Counted from the first letter of the stretch, positions 17,029-26,897 are shown. The stretch is DNA of 64,000 nt from an uncultured Bilophila sp. (GCA_910585945.1 CAJUHZ010000003.1:4240-68239), one strand, 5' to 3'. Program-made: numbers and translations. The notes: generated by a model from the letters alone, not told the origin.

Positions 17029-17535
17029 CGGGTTCTCATCACCGTATGTTTTGCGGAAGCGGAAAGGGCGGCTTGCGTCCGACCGGGGAAAGCCGGGGAA
17101 GGGGCCGGGGCGGGATCTGCTCCGCTGAACCGCCTCCGCCTCAACCTAGCAAACGGGAGGGCAGACCTGCAACTGTCTTTTTGCCGCGGACAGCTCCGTG
17201 GAACCATGCAAGACAGGAGACGCCCCGAAAATCCGGGTGTTGTCAAAATCATGGCTATGGCGTAAGAACAGGAAAATGTTGAGCGCCGTCAAAGGCGCGT
17301 GGGGTGGATCGCGTCGCCGGGGCAGAGTATCGCCAGTGCCGGCGAAGGCGGCGATAAGACGAAAAATTCTTTTTTGGGCGTATCGGCGTCTGCCCGCTTC
17401 CGGGATCGATTCTTCCCGGGCCGCGCCAGACACGTTGTCGCAACTGTTGATGGATGAACGCCGTCCGCTGTACGAGCAGGAGGCCGGGAATTCCGGTTCC
17501 GGACGTCTGGCGGCCCGCGCGGGCGGAATCTGTCC

Positions 17536-18663
17536 ATGACCGGGGAGGCAGCTTTGATTAATGTGCTTGTCGTTGATGATTCGGCTTTTTTCAGAACAGC
17601 GCTCACCCGTATGCTCACCAGGGATCCGGAGATCCGGATCGCCGGCATGGCGCGTGACGGCGACGAAGCCATTGAGCTGACGCGCAAGCTGAAACCGGAC
17701 GTGGTGACCCTTGACGTTGAAATGCCGAAGCGTGACGGTCTTTCCGCGCTCCGTGCGATCATGGCGGAGTGTCCCACTCCCGTGATCATGGTCAGTTCCA
17801 TAACGCTGGAAGGGGCGGAGGCCACGCTCAAGGCGCTCGAACTCGGGGCTGTGGATTTCATTCCCAAATATCAGGCCGGGAGCGTCGCGCACATCGACAT
17901 GGACGCGCTGAGTTCCGAATTGTGCGCGAAGGTGAAGACCGTCGCCCAGCGCGCCCGGCGTTTTCCGTTGGCGGCGCGTGCGCGCTCTGGCGGCGCTTCG
18001 GCGGCTCGCCCCGGGGCTTTCGGTCTTTCGGCGGCTCCGCGTCCGCATGCGGCGCTTGCGACGTCCCCGCGCCCCGCGGGGCGGCCCGTGCGCGATTTTG
18101 TGGCTATCGGGGTTTCCACTGGTGGTCCGCCGGCGGTTCAAAAGGTGCTTTCCGCCCTGCCGGCTGATTTTCCGGCCTGCATTTTCATCGCCCAGCACAT
18201 GCCGGCCACGTTCACGGGGCCTTTCGCCAAGCGTCTGGACGCTGTCTCGAAGATCACCGTGAGGGAAGCCCAGACGGGCGATCGCATTCAGAACGGCATC
18301 GCCTACGTCTGCCCGGGGGGCAAGCATCTGCGCGTGGACACGCGCGGAGCCGTGCCGTACCTGCATGTGACCACCGAGCCGACGGACGCGCTGTACAAGC
18401 CTTCGGCCAATGTGCTCATGGAGTCGGTGGGCAAAAGCGTGGGCGCGCGTGCCCTTGGCGTGATCATGACCGGGATGGGCAGTGACGGCGCGGAGGGCAT
18501 GAAGGTGCTGAAGGCGAAGGGCGGCCATGTGATCGCCCAGAATGAAGCTTCCTGCGTCGTGTATGGTATGCCCAAGGCCGTTGTGGACGCCGGCCTGGCG
18601 GATGAAATCGTTGACCTGGACGCCCTGGCCGAAACCATCTGCTCGGCGTTGTACAAAAAATAG
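17536..18663 (+). CDS. cheB: Chemotaxis response regulator protein-glutamate methylesterase
   Basis: REC domain (VLVVDDS, LDVEMPKRDG) plus the methylesterase motifs IGVSTGGP, AQHMP and GMGSDGA. Confidence 0.93.
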   Translation: MTGEAALINVLVVDDSAFFRTALTRMLTRDPEIRIAGMARDGDEAIELTRKLKPDVVTLDVEMPKRDGLSALRAIMAECPTPVIMVSSITLEGAEATLKALELGAVDFIPKYQAGSVAHIDMDALSSELCAKVKTVAQRARRFPLAARARSGGASAARPGAFGLSAAPRPHAALATSPRPAGRPVRDFVAIGVSTGGPPAVQKVLSALPADFPACIFIAQHMPATFTGPFAKRLDAVSKITVREAQTGDRIQNGIAYVCPGGKHLRVDTRGAVPYLHVTTEPTDALYKPSANVLMESVGKSVGARALGVIMTGMGSDGAEGMKVLKAKGGHVIAQNEASCVVYGMPKAVVDAGLADEIVDLDALAETICSALYKK

Positions 18664-18729
18664 GAACATGACCGTTTTTCCGCGCATCCGCTTCCGGGAA
18701 AGCGTTCGTATGCCCTGGAGGGCTGACCA

Positions 18730-20673
18730 ATGAGCATAGGCACGAGCCAGGCGGAACAGGACATCCTGGCCAGACTGGCTTCCGACGATCCGGACGAGGC
18801 GCGCGGCGCCGCGTTCGAGGCAGGGGACATGGAGCTGGCGTCTGCTGTGGACCTGCTCGTCCGGCATATCCAGAGCGAGAATCTCGGGGTGCAGGAGGCG
18901 GCGGAAAACGCGCTGAGGCGCATCCGGGGGGCTGCCGCCGTGGCGGCCGTGGCTCCTCTGCTGCGATCCGAAGACGCGCCCGTGCGCAACAGCGCCATGG
19001 ACATTCTGCGCGAGATCGGAAGCGACGACATCAAGATCCTTGCCGCGCTGCTGCACGACGATGACCCGGATATCCGGATTTTCGCGGCCGATATCCTCGG
19101 CACGTCAAACTCTCCCGTGGCCGTTTCCATTCTCTGCGAAGCGCTTGAGCACGACCCGGAGGTGAATGTCCGCTACCAGGTCTGCATCAGCCTCGGATCT
19201 CTCGGATCGGCCGACGCCGCTCCGGCGCTGAGTGGAGCATTGCGCGACGAGGAGTGGGTGCAGTTCGCGGCGGTGGAGGCTCTGGCCAAGATCCGGGCCG
19301 AATCGTGTGTGGATATCCTGATCAGCGCCCTGCAGGATTGTTCCGAGCTTGTGGCTTCCACCATCATCAACGCCCTTGGGGAGATGGGCAATGTCCGCGC
19401 CGTGCCCATCCTGCTGCAACGGCTCGACACCTCAAGCGGACCGTTGCGCAACACCATCGTCAAGGCCATTGTGCAAATCCTCGGCGCGCCTTCTCTCGGG
19501 CTTTTCGCGCCCAAGGAGCTTGCCACGTTCCGCAGCTATCTCCTTGTCGCGCTGACGGACGAGGATGAGGAAATCGTGCAGGCCGCCCTGACCGGGCTTT
19601 CCGGGCTGGGGGACGTTGAAGCCACGCGCGCCGTGCTCAGGCTGGCGGGGCGGCTGGATCCCATGCGGGAGCATGATCTTCTGCTTTCCGCGCTGCATTG
19701 CCTGACGGCCATAGGTTACAACGAGGGGTTGCGCGAGGGGCTTGCCTCGGGCGACGAGCAGATCGTGCGCGCCGCGGTGGAAGTCTGCGGCAATGTGGGG
19801 TGCCGCCGGTGCGCCGGGCTTCTTGTGGAAGCCTTCGACACGCTGGATCGTGACATGCGCCGGGCGGCGGCGCATCACCTGTCGCGCATCGGTGACAAGT
19901 CGGACGTCAGTTTCTTCATGGAACTCCTGGAGAACGCCGACGATCCGCACATCATCAAGGAAGCGCTCCACTTCCTCGGCGTACAGACCTCGTGCGTGAA
20001 TTCGTCCCCGCTGCTTCTGCGCTGCATCGAACACCCCTACGACGACGTGAAGGAGGCGGCTCTCGAAGCCTGCCTTGCCCTGCATGATGATGAAGTGAAT
20101 GCGCGCCTGACCGGTATGGCGCATGATGCGGACCCGGTCCGTCGCATGATGGCGGTGTATTCCATGGGGCGGATCAATGCGGGGGACTACCTTTCTTCCC
20201 TGGAAGAAGCACTGGAAGATCCCGTGCCCGATATCCGCAAGGTGGCCCTGGAGGCCATAGGCGGGCTGTGCGGGGAAGATCCGAAGCGCTTTGAACTGCT
20301 TGCGCCGCGTTTGAGCGACGAAAGCCGCGAGGTGCGCCTGGGCCTGGTGGAACTCGCCGGAGAAGTCGTCACTCCGGAATCCACCGATCTTTTGGCCAAG
20401 GCTCTGGACGACAGCGACGACTGGGTGCGCATCCGTGCCGTGGAGTCGCTGGGGCGGCGGCGTGTCGCGAAAGTCCTGCCCGAGCTTGTGCATATGCTGG
20501 AAGACGGGGAGCTGCTCGTCACACTGAAAATCATTGAGGCCCTGGGGGCCATTGGCGGCAAGACGGCCTTCCGCGCGCTGTTGTCATTGACAGGGCATGA
20601 GGATCCGGACGTGCAGCGGGCTGTGGCCGAAGCCATAGCGCATATCCGGGAAGAACAAGGAGAGGATTTCTGA
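18730..20673 (+). CDS. HEAT-repeat (PBS-lyase-type) protein encoded within the che cluster
   Basis: 647 aa of about 30-aa repeats (D.DP.VR..A..AL...). Its stop overlaps the cheR ATG (TGATG). Confidence 0.85.
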   Translation: MSIGTSQAEQDILARLASDDPDEARGAAFEAGDMELASAVDLLVRHIQSENLGVQEAAENALRRIRGAAAVAAVAPLLRSEDAPVRNSAMDILREIGSDDIKILAALLHDDDPDIRIFAADILGTSNSPVAVSILCEALEHDPEVNVRYQVCISLGSLGSADAAPALSGALRDEEWVQFAAVEALAKIRAESCVDILISALQDCSELVASTIINALGEMGNVRAVPILLQRLDTSSGPLRNTIVKAIVQILGAPSLGLFAPKELATFRSYLLVALTDEDEEIVQAALTGLSGLGDVEATRAVLRLAGRLDPMREHDLLLSALHCLTAIGYNEGLREGLASGDEQIVRAAVEVCGNVGCRRCAGLLVEAFDTLDRDMRRAAAHHLSRIGDKSDVSFFMELLENADDPHIIKEALHFLGVQTSCVNSSPLLLRCIEHPYDDVKEAALEACLALHDDEVNARLTGMAHDADPVRRMMAVYSMGRINAGDYLSSLEEALEDPVPDIRKVALEAIGGLCGEDPKRFELLAPRLSDESREVRLGLVELAGEVVTPESTDLLAKALDDSDDWVRIRAVESLGRRRVAKVLPELVHMLEDGELLVTLKIIEALGAIGGKTAFRALLSLTGHEDPDVQRAVAEAIAHIREEQGEDF

Positions 20674-21548
20674 TGTCGCTCTTCTCTGGCGCCGTTACGC
20701 TCCGCAAGAATGTCGGCATAAGCGATGAGGAATTCGTCCAGCTTCGCGACTTCATTTATCAGCAGTGCGGCATTTTCATTGCGGAGAACAGAAAATATCT
20801 GGTTGAGAACCGGCTTTCCGGTCGTCTGAAGGATCTGAACCTCAAGACCTATGGCGAATATTACCATTACCTTCGGTATGACGCCAATCGGCGGCAGGAA
20901 CTGAACAGGCTTTTTGAGGTGATGACCACCAACGAGACAAGCTTTTTCCGCAATCCGCCGCAGCTTGAGGTCTTCCGCAAGGTGGTTCTCAAACGCGCCC
21001 TGGACGAACAGCGCAAAAAGGGGCGGAAGTTTCTCCGCATCTGGTCGGCCGGTTGTTCCACGGGCGAGGAGCCGTATACTATCGCCATTATTCTGAGCGA
21101 GGCGCTCGGCTCGGAACTTTCGCTGTGGGATATCAAGATCACCGCCAACGATTTGTCCGAAGCGGTGCTTGCCTCGGCCAGAAACGGCGTGTACTCCGAA
21201 TACAGCCTGCGCACCACGCCGAAAGACATTGTGGCCCGCTATTTCATCAAGCAGGGCATGGGCTATCGGGTTGATCCCAAACTGAAACGCCTTGTCAGCT
21301 TTGGTCAGATCAATCTGAACGACAAGCTGCAATTGCGGCGGGTGGAACGTTCGCATATCGTTTTCTGCCGCAATGTGATCATCTACTTCGACGACGAGAT
21401 GAAGAAAAACGTCATCAGCGCGTTTTACGACAACCTTTTGCCCGGAGGAGATTTGATCATCGGGCACTCCGAGTCTCTGCACAACATCAGCCGCACGTTC
21501 AAGCCCGAGCATCATCCGGGGGCTATCGTGTACCGCAAGCAGGGCTGA
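20673..21548 (+). CDS. cheR: Chemotaxis protein methyltransferase
   Basis: IWSAGCSTGEEPYTIAI SAM-binding motif. 291 aa. Confidence 0.93.
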   Translation: MSLFSGAVTLRKNVGISDEEFVQLRDFIYQQCGIFIAENRKYLVENRLSGRLKDLNLKTYGEYYHYLRYDANRRQELNRLFEVMTTNETSFFRNPPQLEVFRKVVLKRALDEQRKKGRKFLRIWSAGCSTGEEPYTIAIILSEALGSELSLWDIKITANDLSEAVLASARNGVYSEYSLRTTPKDIVARYFIKQGMGYRVDPKLKRLVSFGQINLNDKLQLRRVERSHIVFCRNVIIYFDDEMKKNVISAFYDNLLPGGDLIIGHSESLHNISRTFKPEHHPGAIVYRKQG

Positions 21549-21576
21549 CGGCAGGGCCGGCTGTGGAGCCTCGGGT

Positions 21577-22353
21577 ATGGACGCCAAAATCATTGCTGTC
21601 GCCAATCAGAAGGGCGGCGTTGGCAAAACGACCACCGCGCTTTCGCTCACTGCCGCACTGGCCCGGCAGGGAGCCAGGGTGCTGATCATGGACTTGGACC
21701 CGCATATCTGCGCGTCCATCCATCTTCGCGTCTACCCGGAGGAACAGCAACATACCATCCATGAACTGTTTACCGCCGATCCCGCGGCATGGCCCGGGGT
21801 ATGGCCGCGGCTCATTCTGCGGCAGGAAGAACAGGCGTGGGATGTGATTTCAGGCGATGTGCGCCTGGCGGAGATCGAGGGCGACGTGCGGGAGCGCCCG
21901 AACAAGGGTTTTATACTGCGCGACGCCTTGCGTTCGGTTCCGGCGGGGTATGATTACATCATGCTCGATTGCCCGCCGCAGATGGGGGTGCTGCTTGTCA
22001 ACGCGCTGGTGGCCGCGGACTTGCTGGTTATCCCCATTCAAACCGATTTTCTGGCCCTGCACGGCCTGAAACTGCTTTTTGACACGTTGCGCACGCTGAA
22101 CAAGGCGTTGCCCTCGCCCATTTTTTACCGGGCGCTGCCCACCATGTACGACAGGCGCGCCAAGGCATGCACGAGAGTGCTCGAACTGTTGCGAAGCAAA
22201 ATGGGCGACGCCATGTTTTCGAGCATCATACCTCTGGACACGCAGTTCAGGGAGGCAAGCGCGCTCGGACGAGTCGTGTACGATGTCGACCCCGACTGCC
22301 GCGGCGCTCAAGCCTATGAAAATCTGGCAAAAGAAGTGATGGCGATATGGTAA
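21577..22353 (+). CDS. ParA/MinD-family ATPase (chemotaxis-cluster ParC-like)
   Basis: Deviant Walker A motif NQKGGVGKTTT. 258 aa. Located between cheR and a CheW-domain gene. Confidence 0.88.
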   Translation: MDAKIIAVANQKGGVGKTTTALSLTAALARQGARVLIMDLDPHICASIHLRVYPEEQQHTIHELFTADPAAWPGVWPRLILRQEEQAWDVISGDVRLAEIEGDVRERPNKGFILRDALRSVPAGYDYIMLDCPPQMGVLLVNALVAADLLVIPIQTDFLALHGLKLLFDTLRTLNKALPSPIFYRALPTMYDRRAKACTRVLELLRSKMGDAMFSSIIPLDTQFREASALGRVVYDVDPDCRGAQAYENLAKEVMAIW

Positions 22354-23012
22354 AGTCCCCCATTGAGTACTTTGAATCCCAGACGTTTGACGCGAAGGCG
22401 ACAGGAACGGGGGGTCTCAGCCCGGCGGAACAACAGTTCATGCGCAAGTATCTTGGCGTGGACGGTTCGGCATCGGCGGCGATCCTCGAATCCATTCCCG
22501 AAGCGAAGGGCGATCCGGATTCCGCGCCGCACGATTTGGATCAGGACGTTTCCTACGAGGCGACGTTGCGCGAGGAGCCGCAGGTGCAGCTTGTGGGGTT
22601 CAACATGGACTCGCAGTTGTTCACCATCCCCACCATGCTGGTGCAGGAAGTCATTCGCACCATGGAACCCTCGCGACTGCCCATGACGCCGTCTTACGTC
22701 TCCGGCATCATCAACCTGCGCGGCAGGGTCACCCCGATGATCCGCCTGCGCGATCTTCTCGGTTCCACGCCGCCTCCGCGGGGGCAGGCCGATCGCTTCA
22801 CCATCATCTGCCGTTGCCAGGGGCTTCAGCTTGGCGTCCAGATCGACAGCGTGCGAAGCATGTATCGGATCAATCAGGAAGATATTCAATGGAATGTGGA
22901 AGTGGAACTTGGCATCAACGGCGACTGCATCGCCGGTTTGTTCAAGTTGAATGACAAGCTTGTTCCCATCATTTCCGTGGAACGCATTGTGGAAACCATG
23001 CTTCAGGAGTGA
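22347..23012 (+). CDS. CheW-domain coupling protein with ~80-aa N-terminal extension (ParP-like architecture)
   Basis: CheW-like domain from QLVGFNMDSQLFTIPTMLVQEVI...GIINLRGRVTPMI. The start overlaps the ParA-like stop (ATGGTAA). Confidence 0.85.
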   Translation: MVKSPIEYFESQTFDAKATGTGGLSPAEQQFMRKYLGVDGSASAAILESIPEAKGDPDSAPHDLDQDVSYEATLREEPQVQLVGFNMDSQLFTIPTMLVQEVIRTMEPSRLPMTPSYVSGIINLRGRVTPMIRLRDLLGSTPPPRGQADRFTIICRCQGLQLGVQIDSVRSMYRINQEDIQWNVEVELGINGDCIAGLFKLNDKLVPIISVERIVETMLQE

Positions 23013-23083
23013 CGGTTTCGGCCTGTGTTTCCGGGATGTTCCGGAAGCGGCCGGCCCGGGCGCCACGTCTGCCGGGAGGAGAC

Positions 23084-23452
23084 ATGAGCAAACAGATATT
23101 AGTGGTGGATGATTCCAAGACGGTTCGCAACCTTGTGGCTTTTATCCTGAAGAGCGAAGGCTTCAAGGTGACGACGGCCGAGGATGGACTGGATGGATTG
23201 GAAAAGCTCTATTCCATGCAGCATGTCGACCTGATTGTTTCCGATGTGAACATGCCCCGGATGGATGGTTTTACGTTCATCAAAAGCGTGCGCGAGCAGG
23301 ATGCCTACAAGGATGTGCCCATCATCATCCTTTCCACCGAGGGGCAGAGCAAGGATATCGAGGCCGGCATGAGCTTCGGGGCCAACTTGTACATGGTCAA
23401 GCCGGCGCAGCCGGAAAAGATGGTGCGCAACATCAAAATGCTGCTGGGTTGA
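23084..23452 (+). CDS. cheY: Chemotaxis response regulator CheY
   Basis: 122-aa stand-alone REC domain (ILVVDDS, SDVNMPRMDG, YMVKP). ATG follows GGGAGGAG. Confidence 0.92.
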   Translation: MSKQILVVDDSKTVRNLVAFILKSEGFKVTTAEDGLDGLEKLYSMQHVDLIVSDVNMPRMDGFTFIKSVREQDAYKDVPIIILSTEGQSKDIEAGMSFGANLYMVKPAQPEKMVRNIKMLLG

Positions 23453-23591
23453 CAGCGTTCGCCCATGACTCCCCGTCGGGCGAGAGCCTGACGGAGATGT
23501 GCGGGGCGGTTTGTGAAGCGGTTTCTTGACATGAGCATCGCAGGGCCTTTTGCCCGTACATGTTTTCGCCGTTGAATGAAGGTATGCGACT

Positions 23592-26576
23592 ATGAGCCAG
23601 GACTTCATGGATCCTGAACTTTTTTCGGATTTTATCGTTGAAGCGAAGGAACACCTCGAAACCATTGAGCCGAATCTTCTGGAACTGGAAAAAACTCCGG
23701 ACAATTTGGCGCTGCTCAACGAGATTTTCCGCCCCATGCATTCGCTCAAGGGCGCGTCCGGTTTTTTGGGTCTCAACCGGATCAACCGTTTGGCGCACAA
23801 GGCCGAAAACATTCTCGATGAACTGCGCAAGGGATCCATGGTGATCACTTCGGAGATCATGGATGTCATCCTGGCCGCCACGGATGCCCTGCGGCAGATG
23901 ATCGATTCCCTTGAGGCCACATCCACGGAAGGCGATGTGGAGATCGAGCCGATCTACGAGCAGATCGACGCCATAATGCGCGGAGAAAGCACCGCCGCTG
24001 CCGCTCCGGCGGAGGCCGCTCCGGCTCCGGAGCAGAGCGCCGCGCCAGACGCCCCCGCTCCCCAGGCGGGCGCGCCGGAGCCGTCGACGGCTCCGCGGGA
24101 CGCCGCGGGCGCTCCGGATCGTACCGCTTCCATGACGTCGAGCGAATGGATCATGACGCTCGCCGTGCGCGAAGGCTATTCGCTGACCGCGTTTGGGGAA
24201 GGGCATCTCAAGGATTTTATTGATGAGGCGTCGGAAATCACGGAAAACCTGACCTCGGGCCTGCTCAGCATGGAGCGCGAAAGCGAGAACGATCCCGAGC
24301 TTGTCAACGACCTTTTCCGGTATTTTCACAACCTCAAGGGCAACAGCGCCATCATCGGCTACCATGATCTGAACAGCCTGACCCATGAGGCCGAAACGCT
24401 CCTGAACCGCGTGCGGCATAACGAGATGCCGGCCTCGCCGGAGCTTATCGATCTGCTGCTTCTGGTGGTGGACGTCATCGAATCCCTGGTGGACAGGATT
24501 GACGCCGCAAACGGCACGGTACAGCCTTTTGACATTTCGGAAGTGCTCGGCAAGCTGCAGCAGGCTGTGGCGGGCGGGGCCATTGAACTTCCGGCCGCGC
24601 TCATGCCGCAAAGAAAGACCGCCGGCAGGAGCGCTCCGGCGCAGGCTGCGCCCGCCGGCGCGACGCCCCCGGACGCCGCTTCCGGCGACGCCGCGGCCGA
24701 CAAGGATGATGTGGCCGCCTTTGTCGCCACAGTGCGGCAGCAGCAGTCGATCGTCAGCGCCGCCCTTGACGAACTGGGCAAGGACGGAAGCAAGAAGGAA
24801 TACATTGACGCCCTGTACCGTTCTCTTGTCGCCATGCAGAACGCTTCCGGCTTCATGAAGCTGGAGGAGATCAAGGTGTACGCCGAACGCACCGCCGGCC
24901 TTGTCAGCCAGGGGCGCTCTTCGGACATGGATTTCGGATTGATGGTCGATCTGTTGCGGCAGGAAGTCGCGATCATCAACGACATGCTGGAAAAGGAGAT
25001 CGCCCGTCTGCACGACGGAGCTTCCGCCGGGGGCGAGGGTTCGCCGTCTTCCACGGGCATCGTTGTTTTGCCCGTTTCCTCCGCCAGCCCTGAAGCGCCT
25101 GCGTCCGAAAGCGAAAAAAGCGCCGGGGCGGCCGTTGCGCCGGCCACGCCTTCCACAACGGCTCCGGCGGCCCCTGCGGCCCCGACTCCCGCAACTCCGC
25201 CCGCGCCAAAGCCGGCGGCTCCGGCGGCCCCCACAGAGCCGGCGGCTCCCAAGCCCGGGGCCAAGGCCGCGCCTGCCGCAAGTCCGGCGGCTCCGGCAGC
25301 CCGGCCCGCGCCCGCCGCGGCCAAACCGGCGGCGGCCGCTCCGGCGGCAGGAGCCGAACACAAGTCTTCTTCCACCATTCGCGTGGACCATGAAAAGCTT
25401 GACCACCTGATGAACCTTATCGGCGAGCTTATCATCAACCGCAACCGCTACACCATGCTGGCGCGCCGTCTGGAAGAACCGGACGCCGAGAAGGATATCG
25501 GCGAGATCGCCCAGAATCTTTCTGAAACCACCTATGCCATGGCCCGCATTTCCGACGACTTGCAGGACACGATCATGAAGGTCCGCATGGTGCCTGTGGC
25601 GTCGGTGTTCTCGCGCTTCCCCCGGCTTGTGCGCGATCTCTCGCGCAAGAGCGGCAAGGAAGTGGAACTTGTTCTCGAAGGCGAGGAAACGGAACTGGAC
25701 AAGAGCGTTGTGGAAGTCATCGGTGACCCGCTGGTGCATCTTATCCGCAATGCGGTGGACCACGGCATCGAACCCGAGTCGGAACGGGTTCCCAAGGGCA
25801 AGCCGGCCAAGGGGCGGGTCACCTTGCGCGCCTATCACAAGGGGAATTCCGTCGCCATTGAAATCGAGGACGACGGCAAGGGGCTTGATCCGGACAAGCT
25901 CCGCGAGGTGGCGGTGCGCAAGGGCATCATGACTGCCGAGGAAGTCAAGCAGCTTGACGACCGTGAAGCGCGCGAACTCATCTTCGCGCCGGGCTTCTCC
26001 TCCGCGGAAAAAATTACGGACATATCCGGCCGCGGCGTTGGCATGGATGTTGTGCGTACCAATATCAAGACCCTCAAGGGGAGCATCAGCATCAGTTCCG
26101 AAGTGGGGAAGGGCACGCGCTTCACGCTTTCCCTGCCGCTGACTCTGGCGATCATCGACGCTCTGATGATCAACGTGGCCGGGGAAATGTACGCGATCCC
26201 CCTGGATGCGGTTTCCGAGACGACAAAGATCGAATCCGCGCGGTTGACCGATGTGAAGGGACGCAAGGCGGTGACCCTGCGCGGCGAAGTGCTCGGCATT
26301 GTGGAACTGGCCGACATGCTCGGTCTGCCGCACAAGGAATTGCCCGAAGTGCTGTCCGTGGTGGTCATTCACGACAACGAACGCCGCCTCGGCCTTGTGG
26401 TGGACAGGCTGCTGGAACGCCAGGAAATCGTCATCAAGCCTCTGGGGTCCTACCTTGGAGACATTCACGGCATTTCCGGGGCGACCATTATGGGCGACGG
26501 CGGGGTGATCCTTATTCTGGATCCGCACGAGATATACACCATCGCCACCTCTTCCAGAGGTGGGGCAACTGCCTAG
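23592..26576 (+). CDS. cheA: Chemotaxis histidine kinase CheA with three Hpt-like domains
   Basis: Hpt1 is RPMHSLKGASG (His codon at 23739) and Hpt2 is FRYFHNLKGNS (His codon at 24327). A third Hpt-like repeat, YRSLVAMQNASGF, has Val at the His position (24828). These are followed by a P/A-rich linker, a dimerisation domain, an HATPase_c domain and a CheW-like P5 domain. Confidence 0.93.
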   Translation: MSQDFMDPELFSDFIVEAKEHLETIEPNLLELEKTPDNLALLNEIFRPMHSLKGASGFLGLNRINRLAHKAENILDELRKGSMVITSEIMDVILAATDALRQMIDSLEATSTEGDVEIEPIYEQIDAIMRGESTAAAAPAEAAPAPEQSAAPDAPAPQAGAPEPSTAPRDAAGAPDRTASMTSSEWIMTLAVREGYSLTAFGEGHLKDFIDEASEITENLTSGLLSMERESENDPELVNDLFRYFHNLKGNSAIIGYHDLNSLTHEAETLLNRVRHNEMPASPELIDLLLLVVDVIESLVDRIDAANGTVQPFDISEVLGKLQQAVAGGAIELPAALMPQRKTAGRSAPAQAAPAGATPPDAASGDAAADKDDVAAFVATVRQQQSIVSAALDELGKDGSKKEYIDALYRSLVAMQNASGFMKLEEIKVYAERTAGLVSQGRSSDMDFGLMVDLLRQEVAIINDMLEKEIARLHDGASAGGEGSPSSTGIVVLPVSSASPEAPASESEKSAGAAVAPATPSTTAPAAPAAPTPATPPAPKPAAPAAPTEPAAPKPGAKAAPAASPAAPAARPAPAAAKPAAAAPAAGAEHKSSSTIRVDHEKLDHLMNLIGELIINRNRYTMLARRLEEPDAEKDIGEIAQNLSETTYAMARISDDLQDTIMKVRMVPVASVFSRFPRLVRDLSRKSGKEVELVLEGEETELDKSVVEVIGDPLVHLIRNAVDHGIEPESERVPKGKPAKGRVTLRAYHKGNSVAIEIEDDGKGLDPDKLREVAVRKGIMTAEEVKQLDDREARELIFAPGFSSAEKITDISGRGVGMDVVRTNIKTLKGSISISSEVGKGTRFTLSLPLTLAIIDALMINVAGEMYAIPLDAVSETTKIESARLTDVKGRKAVTLRGEVLGIVELADMLGLPHKELPEVLSVVVIHDNERRLGLVVDRLLERQEIVIKPLGSYLGDIHGISGATIMGDGGVILILDPHEIYTIATSSRGGATA

Positions 26577-26715
26577 AGCCACGCCACGGCTTTTGTCCTC
26601 TGTCCGCATCAAAAAGGCTTTTTATGAAGGGAATGTACTCTTATGGTACTTGCCCGGAATAAAAAGCCTTTTTTCTTGGCGGAGAACAACGTTTCTCGTA
26701 GCGTGAACACTCCCC

Positions 26716-26876
26716 GGGGGCAGCCCTCATGAAAACGCCGGTCGCGAAAGGCCGTTTTTTCCGGCCGGCAAGGGGCAAAGATTGGGCGAAGTTGTATTGA
26801 ACATGCGTCAATGCTGACCCTGCAACGTCGCCGGACGCCAAAAGGCGGCTATGCGGCAGGCGGGTTCATGAGGAAG
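26716..26876 (+). mobile_element. Family-3 MITE-like element, copy 3b
   Basis: Collinear with 5384..5551, including the identical segment ggcggctatgcggcaggcgggttcatg. Confidence 0.8.
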
Positions 26877-26897
26877 GATTTTTGTGATAAGACACCG

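Noticed and set aside
17348-17357. GCGGCGATAA resembling the sigma28 (FliA) -10 element GCCGATAA upstream of the che operon.
   Set aside because: There is no acceptable TAAA-type -35 element at the required ~15-nt spacing. A single 8-mer match in GC-rich DNA is not sufficient.
25075-25372. Highly repetitive GC-rich DNA (gcggc/ccggc motifs) that looks like a simple-sequence repeat element.
   Set aside because: It is the in-frame Pro/Ala-rich interdomain linker of CheA. It is low-complexity coding sequence, not a dispersed repeat.
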